NCBI GenBank assembly: GCA_965217035.1
Contig: OZ244226.1
Coordinates: forward strand, 1,098,146-1,162,145
Reading direction: 5' to 3'
Source of the DNA: Bacteriovoracaceae bacterium
GTDB taxonomy: Bacteria; Bdellovibrionota; Bacteriovoracia; Bacteriovoracales; Bacteriovoracaceae
Length of the DNA: 64,000 bases
Below, piece after piece: positions 1 to 10,346 of the stretch. The notes beneath the pieces are model-generated. The model was not told the DNA's origin and did no database searches. It saw only the letters and a list, made by a program, of their open reading frames with translations. The position numbers and the translations under genes are program-made. Each line of letters starts with the position of its first letter. Position 1 is the stretch's first letter.

Positions 1-77
1 GTCTTCAAATGAAATATTCATGTGTAAAAAGTATATTTTTTGAACTAACATGTCATTGATTAAAATAGGGACAAATC

Positions 78-1004
78 ATGATTCGCTACGAGTTTTACGA
101 CTTTAAAGTCAAAGATTCTAATATTCACCCGAACGATATACTGGTTCAAGAAAAAGAGCTGGCAAGCCAATTTATTGCAGAGAATCAAATTACAAGTCAT
201 TCAAATAACTTTCTCTTCAAGAGAAAAAATCTCAGTTACTCATTAGACAGCGACAAGAATTTAAAACTTGATGCAGAGATTTCTCAAGATATTGTTCATA
301 AATATTTCCAAGAATCTGAACTTGCAAAGTTTAGGGCCAGCGAAGAATACCAATCCAACGTGACGAACTTGAGATCTCATATTTGGAAGTCTTATGTTGA
401 TTGGATTGAAGGTCGATGTTTCCGTTACCTGGGTAAAAAAGAAAATTTAACAGCACTGGATATTGGAAGTCGAAATGTCGGCTGGATAGAACTTCTAAGA
501 AACTCACCAACTTTCTCAAGTCTGTCTCTTAAAAATTGCCTTCCTCCCATTAAATGTGAAGATCTTCCTAAAACAAATCATAATGTTGTTATTGCTTTGG
601 ATGCTATCCAAAGAGAAACAAACCCAGAGGAATTTTTATCTGGATTGAGAAATAACTTAAATGACGACGGAATTCTCATTCTGTCTTTTAGATCAGGAAC
701 AGGTTTCGATATTCTTGCTTTAAAAAGCTCTAATGAGAGTATTTTTCCTCTTGATCATATTTTTCTTCCATCTATCGCTGGAATAAAAAACCTTCTCGCC
801 AAAACAGGTTTTGAAATCAAAGAAGTCACAACACCTGGTCAACTGGATGCTGAGATTGTAAAGAAGTCAGTTGAGCTTGGGCATTGTACTGACCCACTCA
901 TCACTCATCTCGTGGACATGGTTCCAATCGAAGAACTTCAAACATTTATTCAAAAAAACAACCTTAGTTCACACGTAAGATTAGTCGCTCAAAAGAAAGC
1001 ATAA
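78..1004 (+). CDS. Class I SAM-dependent methyltransferase-like protein of glycan clusters
   Basis: ALDIGS motif-I-like segment, L..DG.L motif and TTPGQLD C-terminal motif; stop overlaps the next start (TAATG). Confidence 0.55.
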   Translation: MIRYEFYDFKVKDSNIHPNDILVQEKELASQFIAENQITSHSNNFLFKRKNLSYSLDSDKNLKLDAEISQDIVHKYFQESELAKFRASEEYQSNVTNLRSHIWKSYVDWIEGRCFRYLGKKENLTALDIGSRNVGWIELLRNSPTFSSLSLKNCLPPIKCEDLPKTNHNVVIALDAIQRETNPEEFLSGLRNNLNDDGILILSFRSGTGFDILALKSSNESIFPLDHIFLPSIAGIKNLLAKTGFEIKEVTTPGQLDAEIVKKSVELGHCTDPLITHLVDMVPIEELQTFIQKNNLSSHVRLVAQKKA

Positions 1005-2008
1005 TGAATAAGTTGAAGACAGTTATTATCGGAATGGGAAAGATGGGTAAGATCCGTCTCAAAGAAATTGATATCCATGGTGGATTCGAGTTTCTCGGTT
1101 ATTGTGATATCAAAGAAACAATTCCTTTTGATAATAATGTTTTCTTTAGTACTGATTGGAAAGAAGTCATAGAGAAATGTGAACCTGAAGCAATTTTCGT
1201 TTGCACTTTTAATAACGCGATTCCTGAAATTGTGAGTTATTGTCTTGAGAAAAATATTCATGTTTTCTCTGAGAAACCTCCTGGACGAACCATAGAAGAC
1301 GTTCAAATGATGATAAATGCTGAAGAGAAAACCCATGCCATTTTAAAGTTTGGTTTCAACCATCGCTTCCATTACGCGATCATGGAAGCCAAGTCGATGA
1401 TTGAATCTGGAAAGTTTGGGAAAATTCTTTGGGCCAGAGGAACTTATGGAAAAGCTGGCGGAAATCAATTTGAAGGAAACTGGAGAAGTGATAAGAACCT
1501 ATCTGGAGGAGGAATTCTTCTTGATCAAGGAATTCATATGCTCGATCTCCTTCGCTACTTTATGGGAGATTTTTCTGAAATCAAAAGCTTTGTCGAGAAT
1601 TCTTACTGGAAGAATATCGACATGGAGGATAATGCTTTTGCCTTAATGAAATCAATCGAAGGTAAGGTTGCCATGCTCCACTCAAGTGCGACTCAATGGA
1701 AGCATAAGTTTCATCTCGATCTCTACTTAGAAGAAGGTTATATTACAATTGATGGAATTCTCTCATCGACAAGAAGCTACGGAGAAGAATGCATAACCTT
1801 TGCGAAAAAAGAATTCGAAGATCAAGCTTCAGCATTTGGTAAACCAAGAGAACAAAAAATTTATTTTGATAAAGATGATTCTTGGAGATTAGAAGTCGAA
1901 GAATTCTATAATGCCATTTCAGGAAAGTCGGAGCTTAAAATGGGAACTTCCACAGATGCTCTTGAAGTCATGAAACTTGTCTACGGTATTTACAAAGCTG
2001 CTAAGTAA
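1004..2008 (+). CDS. Gfo/Idh/MocA family oxidoreductase
   Basis: IIGMGKMG Rossmann motif, EKP, GFNHRF, GGGILLDQGIH. Confidence 0.9.
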   Translation: MNKLKTVIIGMGKMGKIRLKEIDIHGGFEFLGYCDIKETIPFDNNVFFSTDWKEVIEKCEPEAIFVCTFNNAIPEIVSYCLEKNIHVFSEKPPGRTIEDVQMMINAEEKTHAILKFGFNHRFHYAIMEAKSMIESGKFGKILWARGTYGKAGGNQFEGNWRSDKNLSGGGILLDQGIHMLDLLRYFMGDFSEIKSFVENSYWKNIDMEDNAFALMKSIEGKVAMLHSSATQWKHKFHLDLYLEEGYITIDGILSSTRSYGEECITFAKKEFEDQASAFGKPREQKIYFDKDDSWRLEVEEFYNAISGKSELKMGTSTDALEVMKLVYGIYKAAK

Positions 2009-3275
2009 ATAAACTGAGAAGTCTTTTTCCAAAGCTCAAAACATCATTCTGAGGATTTCTCGATAACTTATTACTTTTACACCCTTTCAATATTTTGATT
2101 GCTCTTAAACTCGATTGATTATCCTGTAATGAGGCATGATAAGTTAAAGATTCAAGTGCCCACTCAGAGTTAAACTTATAATTTTTGATATGATTCTCTA
2201 AAGCAGCCTTTAATTCTGATTTATCATAAGCTCTACTGATTCCCTTGGTTTTATCTTCGTTATAGGACTTTGGAGACTCCCCATGTGGGTTAAAATAAAT
2301 AGAATGCCGTCCCAGCTTCAATGTCTCTAATGGAATCGTACTAAAACGGCTTATTGAAATTGAACAATCGAGAAGTTGATCAATCACTTTATAAGCTGAA
2401 GATGATACAAGCTTGGGATCATTGATGGTCCCATTGTCTCTAGGATGTTGGGAGATCAAATAATCAAGCTCTAATTCTTGACAAGCTTCAATACAATTCT
2501 TTAACCAAAAATCTCTATCTACTTCCCAATTATTATATGTGAAATTCAAATTGATAAAAACTTTTGGTTCTTCTGGTAGCGGATGAATTTCAATTCCATC
2601 TGTCTTCGCAATTCCTGTATGAGAGAAAAATTGAGGTTGGATATAGCGAGAAGTCACTGGTCCTTGTGAAAGAACGCAATCACAATTTAAATACTTCTTT
2701 GGCCAGACTCCATTAATTTTCGAATGCCAATCCTGAGGTCCTTCTTGAAGACCAAAATAAGGAATCTTTCCTTGCTTCTTCAAGAGAGAATCAATCGTTC
2801 TATATTCAGTTGACCAATCGTTAGCATTAACAGCGACATCTGGGTCAAAGCTCTCAAGATCTCTACTTGATTTTGAATTATATTCAATAATTATTGGATC
2901 CACACCTCGAACCTTAAGAGTTTCGTAAGCTCTCTCATTTTTATTTTCAAGACTTGGAATCGCGTAACGGATTTCGAAATTTTCATCTTCTAGATATTCG
3001 AATAATTTGCAATGCGTATCACTGCTTGGGGTAAATAGAACTTTTAACCGTTCAAAACTCTGCTCTGCAACAAAGTCTGGGATGGACTTTGCTCTTTCTG
3101 GAAGATTCTTCAAGTTTAAAGATTCCTCGTAATAAATCTCTTTATAAACATCCTCATAAAAATGAGTCAGGTGATCCTCTTCACCCGTGACAAAACAGAA
3201 GCTTAGAGACTTATGAAATCGATGATTCATAAAATCGAAAGGTCTGCAAACAATAAGGATTTTCGCGTTTTTCAT
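2001..3275 (-). CDS. Hypothetical protein, possibly a GT-B-fold polysaccharide biosynthesis protein
   Basis: 424-aa ORF in glycan locus; QHPRD and STIPLE motifs resemble GT-B C-terminal domains. Confidence 0.4.
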   Translation of the reverse strand: MKNAKILIVCRPFDFMNHRFHKSLSFCFVTGEEDHLTHFYEDVYKEIYYEESLNLKNLPERAKSIPDFVAEQSFERLKVLFTPSSDTHCKLFEYLEDENFEIRYAIPSLENKNERAYETLKVRGVDPIIIEYNSKSSRDLESFDPDVAVNANDWSTEYRTIDSLLKKQGKIPYFGLQEGPQDWHSKINGVWPKKYLNCDCVLSQGPVTSRYIQPQFFSHTGIAKTDGIEIHPLPEEPKVFINLNFTYNNWEVDRDFWLKNCIEACQELELDYLISQHPRDNGTINDPKLVSSSAYKVIDQLLDCSISISRFSTIPLETLKLGRHSIYFNPHGESPKSYNEDKTKGISRAYDKSELKAALENHIKNYKFNSEWALESLTYHASLQDNQSSLRAIKILKGCKSNKLSRNPQNDVLSFGKRLLSLFT

Positions 3276-3328
3276 AGATATTTTGGTTAAATTAAGCCAT
3301 ATTCTAATGAATCAACAGGGTTCTGTAT

Positions 3329-4267
3329 ATGGTAAGAATGAGCGCAATTATTTGCACGTATAATCGAGAGTTTTTTCTCAATAAGAGTCTTGCGTCATTA
3401 ATTCAACAGTCATTAAAGCCTGAAGATTTTGAAATCATCATTGTTGATAATAACTCGACAGATGGCACAGCTGATTTAGTCAAAAAGTTTCAAATCGAAA
3501 ACCCTAATTATTCAATTCATTATATCCTTGAAAAAAGACAAGGGCTTTCCTTTGCCAGAAACACAGGTTGGAGAACAGCACGATCGAATTATGTTTACTA
3601 CCTAGATGATGATGGTGTCGCCTCCCTAGAATTACTTGAAACTTTTCTTCATCTCTTTGAGTCTCATGAAAGTTTAGCGGCTTGTGGTGGAAAAATTATT
3701 GTTGATTATGATCCTATAAAACCCAATTGGCTTCCTTCTTTTTTTGAAGTTTTCTATGGGCATTATGATCGTGGGAATGAAGAAGTCTTTTGTGAATATG
3801 TTCCAGGTGGCAACTCAGCATGGAATGTTCAATTCCTAGAAAAATCAGGCGGATTTTCAGAGAAACTCGGAAGAGTTGGACAAGACGGTGCAGGTTGCGA
3901 GGAATCGCTTCTCAATGCCAGGGCCTTAGAAATGAAATATAAGCTCGTCTATACTCCAAAGGCCATTATGTATCATTATGCTGGAAAATCTCGATTGAAT
4001 CTAAAATGGCTCCTTCAAAGAATGAGAGGGCAAGGACAATCTTCAGCAAAACTTATCCTTATCAAAACTCAAAAAAAACACAGAAAAAGAACGAGCTGGA
4101 TTTGTATCACGAGAGATCTTAAGTCTATCTTAGGATTGATGCTTAAGTGGGGTAAAACAGAGGAAGACATAAAGAAAGAATTTGTTAAACGACTTGCCTT
4201 TTTTACTGAAAAAGTAAGTCGAATTAAAAACTTTATTAAATATAACTTAGGTTATTTAAAAATCTAA
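3329..4267 (+). CDS. Glycosyltransferase family 2
   Basis: IICTYNR, VDNNSTD, GLSFARN, YLDDD. Confidence 0.92.
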   Translation: MVRMSAIICTYNREFFLNKSLASLIQQSLKPEDFEIIIVDNNSTDGTADLVKKFQIENPNYSIHYILEKRQGLSFARNTGWRTARSNYVYYLDDDGVASLELLETFLHLFESHESLAACGGKIIVDYDPIKPNWLPSFFEVFYGHYDRGNEEVFCEYVPGGNSAWNVQFLEKSGGFSEKLGRVGQDGAGCEESLLNARALEMKYKLVYTPKAIMYHYAGKSRLNLKWLLQRMRGQGQSSAKLILIKTQKKHRKRTSWICITRDLKSILGLMLKWGKTEEDIKKEFVKRLAFFTEKVSRIKNFIKYNLGYLKI

Positions 4268-5227
4268 TTACTCTGAAAAGCTTGTAACATTTCTCTTGAA
4301 GCGATCATTAGCGACAGAACTATATTTTTCAGAGATGACCTCATACTCTTTTCCACTTTTTAAGGTTTCAATAAGTCTCACGAGGTATTCTCCAAAAAAG
4401 AAAAGAATAATAAAAATGATAAAGAGTTGAGAACACATAAATAGATTTATCGAAACCCATCCCTCTACTGGCTTATCTTTGAAGACATGAACAAGAAGAG
4501 AATAAACAGAGATCATAATTCCAAGAAAACTACCGAAAAGTCCTATGAAGTTGATGAACTTTAACGGAGCAGTAGAATTGAAGACGAGAACTCTAATGGC
4601 TTCTCGAAAACCACTTATTGCACTTCTTTTGCTTTTTTTTAATGATTTATAATCGAATGTTTGAGTCTCAAATTCAGTCTTCGATAGATTATAATAAAAC
4701 TGGTAGAGGAATTTTTCCTTACCGATCGCATAGTTTAAAGCTCTTCGACTTACGATTCGTAACTCAGTTGCATTTTGAGGAATATAATAATCGGCATAGC
4801 GGGCCAAAATTTTCCTAAAGAAATAACTTGAGAACTTATAAAATAAACCCTTTTGAACGTTAGAGATTCCAATGACAAGATCATCTCCCTCTAAGATTTT
4901 TCCTATCGCAGATATTAAAGAGTCGATAGAGCATTCTTCATAATTATAAAAAGCGACAATATCACCGATTGAATTCTCAGCTCCAGCTGCATATTCAATT
5001 TCTCTCGATAGCGGATCTGAAATAATAAGAGATCGTAGTGATTCAAATTGATCGTGAAGTTGACTAAGTTTTTTCGTAATTTTATAGACACGTCTCTTTA
5101 GGACTAAAATTATTTCATAGTCTGAGTATTGAGATGAAAGAGCGGATTTTAAATCAAAGAGAGTTTTCTCAAGTGAGGAGTAGTCTTCTCCCGCAACTAA
5201 GATAACTGAAATGAAGTTCTCATTCAT
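4268..5227 (-). CDS. GtrB/ArnC-like polyprenol-phosphate glycosyltransferase homologue, degenerate
   Basis: GT2-like N-terminus, two C-terminal TM helices, EGW and GEYLVR motifs; DXD motif not evident. Confidence 0.65.
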   Translation of the reverse strand: MNENFISVILVAGEDYSSLEKTLFDLKSALSSQYSDYEIILVLKRRVYKITKKLSQLHDQFESLRSLIISDPLSREIEYAAGAENSIGDIVAFYNYEECSIDSLISAIGKILEGDDLVIGISNVQKGLFYKFSSYFFRKILARYADYYIPQNATELRIVSRRALNYAIGKEKFLYQFYYNLSKTEFETQTFDYKSLKKSKRSAISGFREAIRVLVFNSTAPLKFINFIGLFGSFLGIMISVYSLLVHVFKDKPVEGWVSINLFMCSQLFIIFIILFFFGEYLVRLIETLKSGKEYEVISEKYSSVANDRFKRNVTSFSE

Positions 5228-5230
5228 TAT

Positions 5231-6328
5231 TTAACTCTCTTTCTCAATTTCATCAATAACATCATATACGTTATCAATTTTCCCTCCCATTATACAATGA
5301 AATCCCTTAACACTATGATCTCTTTTAAAGAGAATAGGTCTCGCATCGCTCTTTTCAGTTTTAGGTAAGACTGTTTTTGTCTCCCACAAAGATTCTAAGT
5401 ATTTAGTTTCTCTCAAAATCGGTATATATCGGGCGGCATCGTATTGCATCTTCTTCCAATTAGAGGTCAACTCACTCTTATCAATAATTGTTTTCGGATG
5501 AGTCTCTAAACGCCCTCCTTCATGATCAAACCATTCAGCATGAGGAGTATAACGAACATGAGAAAAGCTATAACAATTGAGACTTGGAAAAGGCATAACT
5601 GAGAAAAAAGGACCACACATAATAGTAATTCCAATTCCTTTTAATTCATCAGGGACTTCAACCATACACATCTCTGTCATTTCATGCTTCAAGGGAATAA
5701 GCTCCGCACCTGCAGCCTCATTGATTTCATTGATTCCGGAATAAGTTGCATTAAAAAGAACTTTCGACTTGTAAAATTCCCCCTCGGCATAAACTTCTTT
5801 CATATCATCTGAAAGAGAAATTTTTTCAACTGCTGATTTAGTTTTGAGAGTGACATTAAGATCATTTAATTTTTCAAGAATTTTTTTCTTCAATGATAAA
5901 GAATTAAAAGCAAATTCTTGTGTTTCGAAAACTTCTTCAATTAAATCGGAATTAAATAAATTTTTAGTTCTACTTCCTACTGAATCACATTGAAGTCCTA
6001 CCACATTACAAAATGCTTTAAATTGTTTCGCTGTAACCTTTGAGAGAATAGTTCCTATGGCGTAATATTTTTTAAAACTTGAATCGACACAGTCTTCAAA
6101 CTCTTTCACAAAATGAGGAAAAAGGGCCTTGGAACGCGCTCCAGTCATAATACTTCGGGGATAATGATAGCCATTGTGTACTCGAGCTTGATTATTAAAA
6201 GAAGCTCTTTTCATGAAGTCTTCTTCTTTTTCAAGAACAAGCACCGATTGTTTTTTTTCAGCATAATACTTCGCTAAGTACAGGCCGAAAAAACCTCCTC
6301 CAATAATAATGACATCATAACTCTTCAC
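5231..6328 (-). CDS. FAD-dependent oxidoreductase
   Basis: IIGGGFFG FAD motif, ASFNNQARVHNGYHYPRS, GGKIDN; GTG start. Confidence 0.85.
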   Translation of the reverse strand: MKSYDVIIIGGGFFGLYLAKYYAEKKQSVLVLEKEEDFMKRASFNNQARVHNGYHYPRSIMTGARSKALFPHFVKEFEDCVDSSFKKYYAIGTILSKVTAKQFKAFCNVVGLQCDSVGSRTKNLFNSDLIEEVFETQEFAFNSLSLKKKILEKLNDLNVTLKTKSAVEKISLSDDMKEVYAEGEFYKSKVLFNATYSGINEINEAAGAELIPLKHEMTEMCMVEVPDELKGIGITIMCGPFFSVMPFPSLNCYSFSHVRYTPHAEWFDHEGGRLETHPKTIIDKSELTSNWKKMQYDAARYIPILRETKYLESLWETKTVLPKTEKSDARPILFKRDHSVKGFHCIMGGKIDNVYDVIDEIEKES

Positions 6329-6401
6329 AGGACTCTCATTGCAAGCATGTCAGGGATCAATTAAACTAGCTTACATTATTTCAACTTCTTAGACGAGAAA
6401 G

Positions 6402-7841
6402 GTGCACCGCTTCAATATGAGCTTTATCCATAAGTATTTCAACGTTTTTGCGATCAGCACGCTCTTCATTGTCTTTTTACTGAATCTAGTAAAACTCCAA
6501 GAACCAGCTCATTTTAAATTTGGAGATTCTCAAAGTCTTTCGCTTTCAATGGTAGCCGGAAAAAAGTTTGCAGACGAGGGCTTTCTTCATCACAAGTTTA
6601 ATCCTCGCTTCCAAAAACAATCAAATAACGAATGTTGTGATTATCAGTACTACACCCATTTCCCACAACTCACGAATATACTCTCTGGAACTTTTTACAA
6701 AGCCGGCTTAAAGAGCTTACCTCAAGTCCGCTTAGCTTATGCTTTCATTGTATTTGTAAGTATTATTCTTTTATATTTTCTTATCCAATATTTTCTTGGA
6801 AAAAATACTGCTTTTCTAGCTTGCTTATTTATTCTCTTGAATAAAATTTTCTGGATGCTCTCTACTCATCAAGTTTATGATCTATCTCTTATTTTTAGCT
6901 ATGGGGCCTTACTGATGGCCGTACTTTCTCAAAGTAAGAAAAATATTTTCCTCATATGGGTCTGCTTATTCTTTAATCTTTTAAGCTCTTTTGAGTATGT
7001 CGTCTCAACTCATATTATTCTCTTTGGACTTAGTCTCATTAATGAAAAAACCTATAAAGACATCATTTTGAAGAACTTCATTTGGGGAAGTGCTTCTATT
7101 GCTTCATTTATCTTTAAGTTTCTAATCAACTCTACTGTTATCGGTGGATTCCAGGCTGCTTTTCAAGACAAGTTGGATACTCTCAAATGGAGAACAAATG
7201 AAGCAGCCAGGGGAACATCCTATTTGGACACCATCCTTGGGGATCAAGGATATATTGAGTATTTACTTAGGCACTTCATCGATTATTATTTCTATTCTGG
7301 TCCTGCTCTCATTGCAGTTCTCATATCTCTTTTCTTTTATCGATCGAAGGAGATGAGAAAAAATCTTTTCATTCTCTGTATTTCTTTCTCTGTTTTAAGC
7401 TGGAATTTCATTTTTAAACAACATTCAGTCATTCATATTAATACTTTAGTTATTAGATACCTCCTTCCTGTCGTCGGAATCATTTGTGCTTTTTTGTTAG
7501 TAAAAAGTTTTCAAAAGCTTAGAGAAACTTCTAATATCAAATCTAAAATTGCGAATGGAGCTATTTTTATCTTATCCTTAATGATTTGGAATTATAATCT
7601 CCGATCGTATTCGAAGGCACAGGGGCATTTTACAAAGAATACCTTTTCTAAAGAGTTAATACTTTTGAAAGAGAAATCTTCAAATAACGATAAATTGTGT
7701 ACCGATGATAAAAATTTAATGCGTGCGAAATATCTTCATATGCCAGAAGAATCATTCGGAATGCAGGAATTTAAGCTAAGGCTTGTTTCAGACCAATCAG
7801 AATGTTCAAATGAAATATTCATCAATTCGCAAGATTATTAA
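6402..7841 (+). CDS. Multi-TM GT-C/ArnT-like membrane glycosyltransferase
   Basis: About 11 hydrophobic segments with an N-terminal extracytoplasmic loop (YTHFP); adjacent to lipid-sugar genes. Confidence 0.55.
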   Translation: MHRFNMSFIHKYFNVFAISTLFIVFLLNLVKLQEPAHFKFGDSQSLSLSMVAGKKFADEGFLHHKFNPRFQKQSNNECCDYQYYTHFPQLTNILSGTFYKAGLKSLPQVRLAYAFIVFVSIILLYFLIQYFLGKNTAFLACLFILLNKIFWMLSTHQVYDLSLIFSYGALLMAVLSQSKKNIFLIWVCLFFNLLSSFEYVVSTHIILFGLSLINEKTYKDIILKNFIWGSASIASFIFKFLINSTVIGGFQAAFQDKLDTLKWRTNEAARGTSYLDTILGDQGYIEYLLRHFIDYYFYSGPALIAVLISLFFYRSKEMRKNLFILCISFSVLSWNFIFKQHSVIHINTLVIRYLLPVVGIICAFLLVKSFQKLRETSNIKSKIANGAIFILSLMIWNYNLRSYSKAQGHFTKNTFSKELILLKEKSSNNDKLCTDDKNLMRAKYLHMPEESFGMQEFKLRLVSDQSECSNEIFINSQDY

Positions 7842-8643
7842 TTCTATCGAGAGCAAATTCGACAGTTTCAAGATTGTTTTCTCTAAGATTGGGTTTCATC
7901 TCGATAGAAATCCAATGTAAGTAATTAAGAGAACGGAGTTTTTCTAAAACTTCTCTTTGAGTTTCTTCAATCTCTGGTGTGCTTATATCCTCAAGCATAG
8001 GCTGGCTAATATGAATATGCCTGATTCGTGAAAAGGTTTTCTCTATTAGCTGAATGGGATCATTTTGATTGATTGTCGTGGTTCCTAAGTCAAAATTTAG
8101 ATTGATATTCGAATGTCCAACTTCCTCAACAAACTCAAAAGCAGCTTGAGTTTCATTTAAAAAATTAGTCCCATAGACTAATGGATTAGCCTCAATATTA
8201 ATAGAGCATTCACTTCCTTTAAGAATATCGCCAAGTTCTCTAAAAAATGAAAGAGCAATCTCTTTCGCTTTTTTTTCCTCTAGACCTTCAGGAATATTAC
8301 GATTCTTAGGTGATCCAAAAACAAGATTAGGAATAGATAATTCATGGGCCAGGTCGATACACTTTCTCGTATGATCCATAAGCTTCTTTCGACTTTCTTC
8401 ATCATAAAATAACTGACAATCAGCTTGTCCAAAGTGAAGAGATTGCATTGAAACAGCCTTTAAATCAAAGCGAGAGATCTGTTCGATAAATTTCTCAGAA
8501 TACACTTTAATATTATTAAAAATATCTTGATTGATTCGAGTTGGAGCAACTTCAATTCCTTGAAACCCTTTATCTCTTAACACTTCAAAAGCTTCAAGAT
8601 CTTCATCAAAAGACCATGCAATATTTGAGATAGCTTTTTTCAT
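7822..8643 (-). CDS. Sugar phosphate isomerase/epimerase (xylose-isomerase-like TIM barrel)
   Basis: GIEVAP, LVFGSPKNR, IEAN, NFDLG, HIHIS, SIEM metal-binding pattern. Confidence 0.85.
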   Translation of the reverse strand: MKKAISNIAWSFDEDLEAFEVLRDKGFQGIEVAPTRINQDIFNNIKVYSEKFIEQISRFDLKAVSMQSLHFGQADCQLFYDEESRKKLMDHTRKCIDLAHELSIPNLVFGSPKNRNIPEGLEEKKAKEIALSFFRELGDILKGSECSINIEANPLVYGTNFLNETQAAFEFVEEVGHSNINLNFDLGTTTINQNDPIQLIEKTFSRIRHIHISQPMLEDISTPEIEETQREVLEKLRSLNYLHWISIEMKPNLRENNLETVEFALDRINNLAN

Positions 8644-9437
8644 TTAATTTCCTTCGGATTATAAAATCCGAAAAAACTACAAAATAAACTCTTCAAGATT
8701 CTAAAGTTCCCTTTAAAAAAAGTTATTTTAGTCGGAGTTTTTCCTTTTGGATAAGATCTCGTCATTGGAACTTCTGTCACTTTAAAACCACAACGATTTG
8801 CTCGCATCGAAATATAAACTAAAAATTCATAATGATAAAAGATATCTCTAAAAGGTTGGATAAGCTTAGAAAGTAATAAATCTCTAGAATAAGCTCTATT
8901 CCCATTGGTCGTATCAGTAAAAGGAAAACCTGACTTTATTCGAATCATTGGAACATGAATCAAACGAATCGCTAAGTCTCGAATAAGAGGTGTATTGATT
9001 GCTTGGCCACCTTTCATATAACGAGATCCTTGAATATAATCAAACCCTTCATCAAGCTTAGTGACAAAATGATTAATAACGACAGGATCATCCTTATTAT
9101 TACCATCCATCGTAATAACTCCTTCATAGCCCTGCTTTAAAGCATAAGAATATCCCATTCTTAATTGAGCTCCGACAATTCCTTTATCGGTCTTCGTTAA
9201 TAATGTTCTGACGTTAACTGTTTTTAAAAAATCAGGAGTCACCGAGCCATCGGTACTTCCTCCGTCACAAATAATGATATCAACCTTTTCAAAAGACTTG
9301 AGCTCGAGCATCTTTTTTAATTGATCTTGGATTCTATCCGCCTCATTAATAACAGGAATACAAACACAGTATTTGTTCTTCTTTCCAAAGAACTCCTCTT
9401 CTTTAAACTCAGGTAAATCCCAGTGCGTTGTATCCAT
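8640..9437 (-). CDS. Polyprenol-monophosphate-sugar synthase-like GT2
   Basis: IPVINE, DGGSTDGS, TMDGNNKD, GSRY, FTDTTNG. Confidence 0.85.
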   Translation of the reverse strand: MDTTHWDLPEFKEEEFFGKKNKYCVCIPVINEADRIQDQLKKMLELKSFEKVDIIICDGGSTDGSVTPDFLKTVNVRTLLTKTDKGIVGAQLRMGYSYALKQGYEGVITMDGNNKDDPVVINHFVTKLDEGFDYIQGSRYMKGGQAINTPLIRDLAIRLIHVPMIRIKSGFPFTDTTNGNRAYSRDLLLSKLIQPFRDIFYHYEFLVYISMRANRCGFKVTEVPMTRSYPKGKTPTKITFFKGNFRILKSLFCSFFGFYNPKEIK

Positions 9438-9440
9438 CCT

Positions 9441-10346
9441 CTATTTCCTATCAACTGATTTCATGATTATTTCAATATACCGAGAAACTTTTATAGAAAG
9501 CTCGCTATTAGGCTCTTCTTCTCCCTTAATAACTCTAACAAACTTTGATAGAGAGTGACCTATGTTCTGTGATTCATCAAATTCGAGACTAATGACTTCA
9601 CCTTTATCAAGTTTATAAGTCTCACCACTATAAGGAAGATGCTGGTATTGCTTCTCAGAAGTCGCGTCATATTCGAGAACTCCCTTTTCTCCAAAAAGAA
9701 CGATCTTTCTTTCTTTCTTAATACCACGAAGACTCGAATGATGACGAATCTTTAAGTCGCCAGAATTCATTTTAATAATACCGACATCAACAGTATTACT
9801 TTTTGAAAAAACTAAATTATCGGTAGAAACCTCAAACTCTAAGTTTGGAAAAAAATCGAGAGTGACCGCAAGAACATGGGGGCAATGAACACTGTAAACG
9901 TCTTCATTCTCATAAAAGTTACCAAAGCCATCAATATAAGATTCCATTGCATAAACGTCTCCAATCAAATGAAGATTTTTTTTCATCTCCTTAACTGTTG
10001 GCGAGTGCAAATAGGTAAAATTAGTTTCTAATTTCACATTATTTTGATTTGCGATTTCATCTAAAGAAATCGCTTCTTTTTTAGTTAAAACTAAAGGTTT
10101 TTCACAGAGAACATGTTTTCCTCTCTCTAAGAAAACCTTAACTAATTCAAAATGGTGTTGATTTGGAGCTGCAACAATAACAGCATCAAGGTCAGAAGAG
10201 AGAAGTTTGTCTAAATCGTTTGTGAAGTATCCATCTTCTTCGAGTCTCGGAGTGTAGATATTCTTTAAAGAAACTTCATTTTGAGACTTTAAGACTTTCT
10301 CCCAAATTTTCCCCCAATATCCATACCCCAATAACGCAAAATTCAT
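9441..10346 (-). CDS. Gfo/Idh/MocA family oxidoreductase
   Basis: GYGYWG, HVLCEKP. Confidence 0.85.
   Translation of the reverse strand: MNFALLGYGYWGKIWEKVLKSQNEVSLKNIYTPRLEEDGYFTNDLDKLLSSDLDAVIVAAPNQHHFELVKVFLERGKHVLCEKPLVLTKKEAISLDEIANQNNVKLETNFTYLHSPTVKEMKKNLHLIGDVYAMESYIDGFGNFYENEDVYSVHCPHVLAVTLDFFPNLEFEVSTDNLVFSKSNTVDVGIIKMNSGDLKIRHHSSLRGIKKERKIVLFGEKGVLEYDATSEKQYQHLPYSGETYKLDKGEVISLEFDESQNIGHSLSKFVRVIKGEEEPNSELSIKVSRYIEIIMKSVDRK

Noticed and set aside
6329..6360. TTGCA motif upstream of the FAD oxidoreductase as a sigma54 promoter
   Set aside because: No GG at the -24 position.
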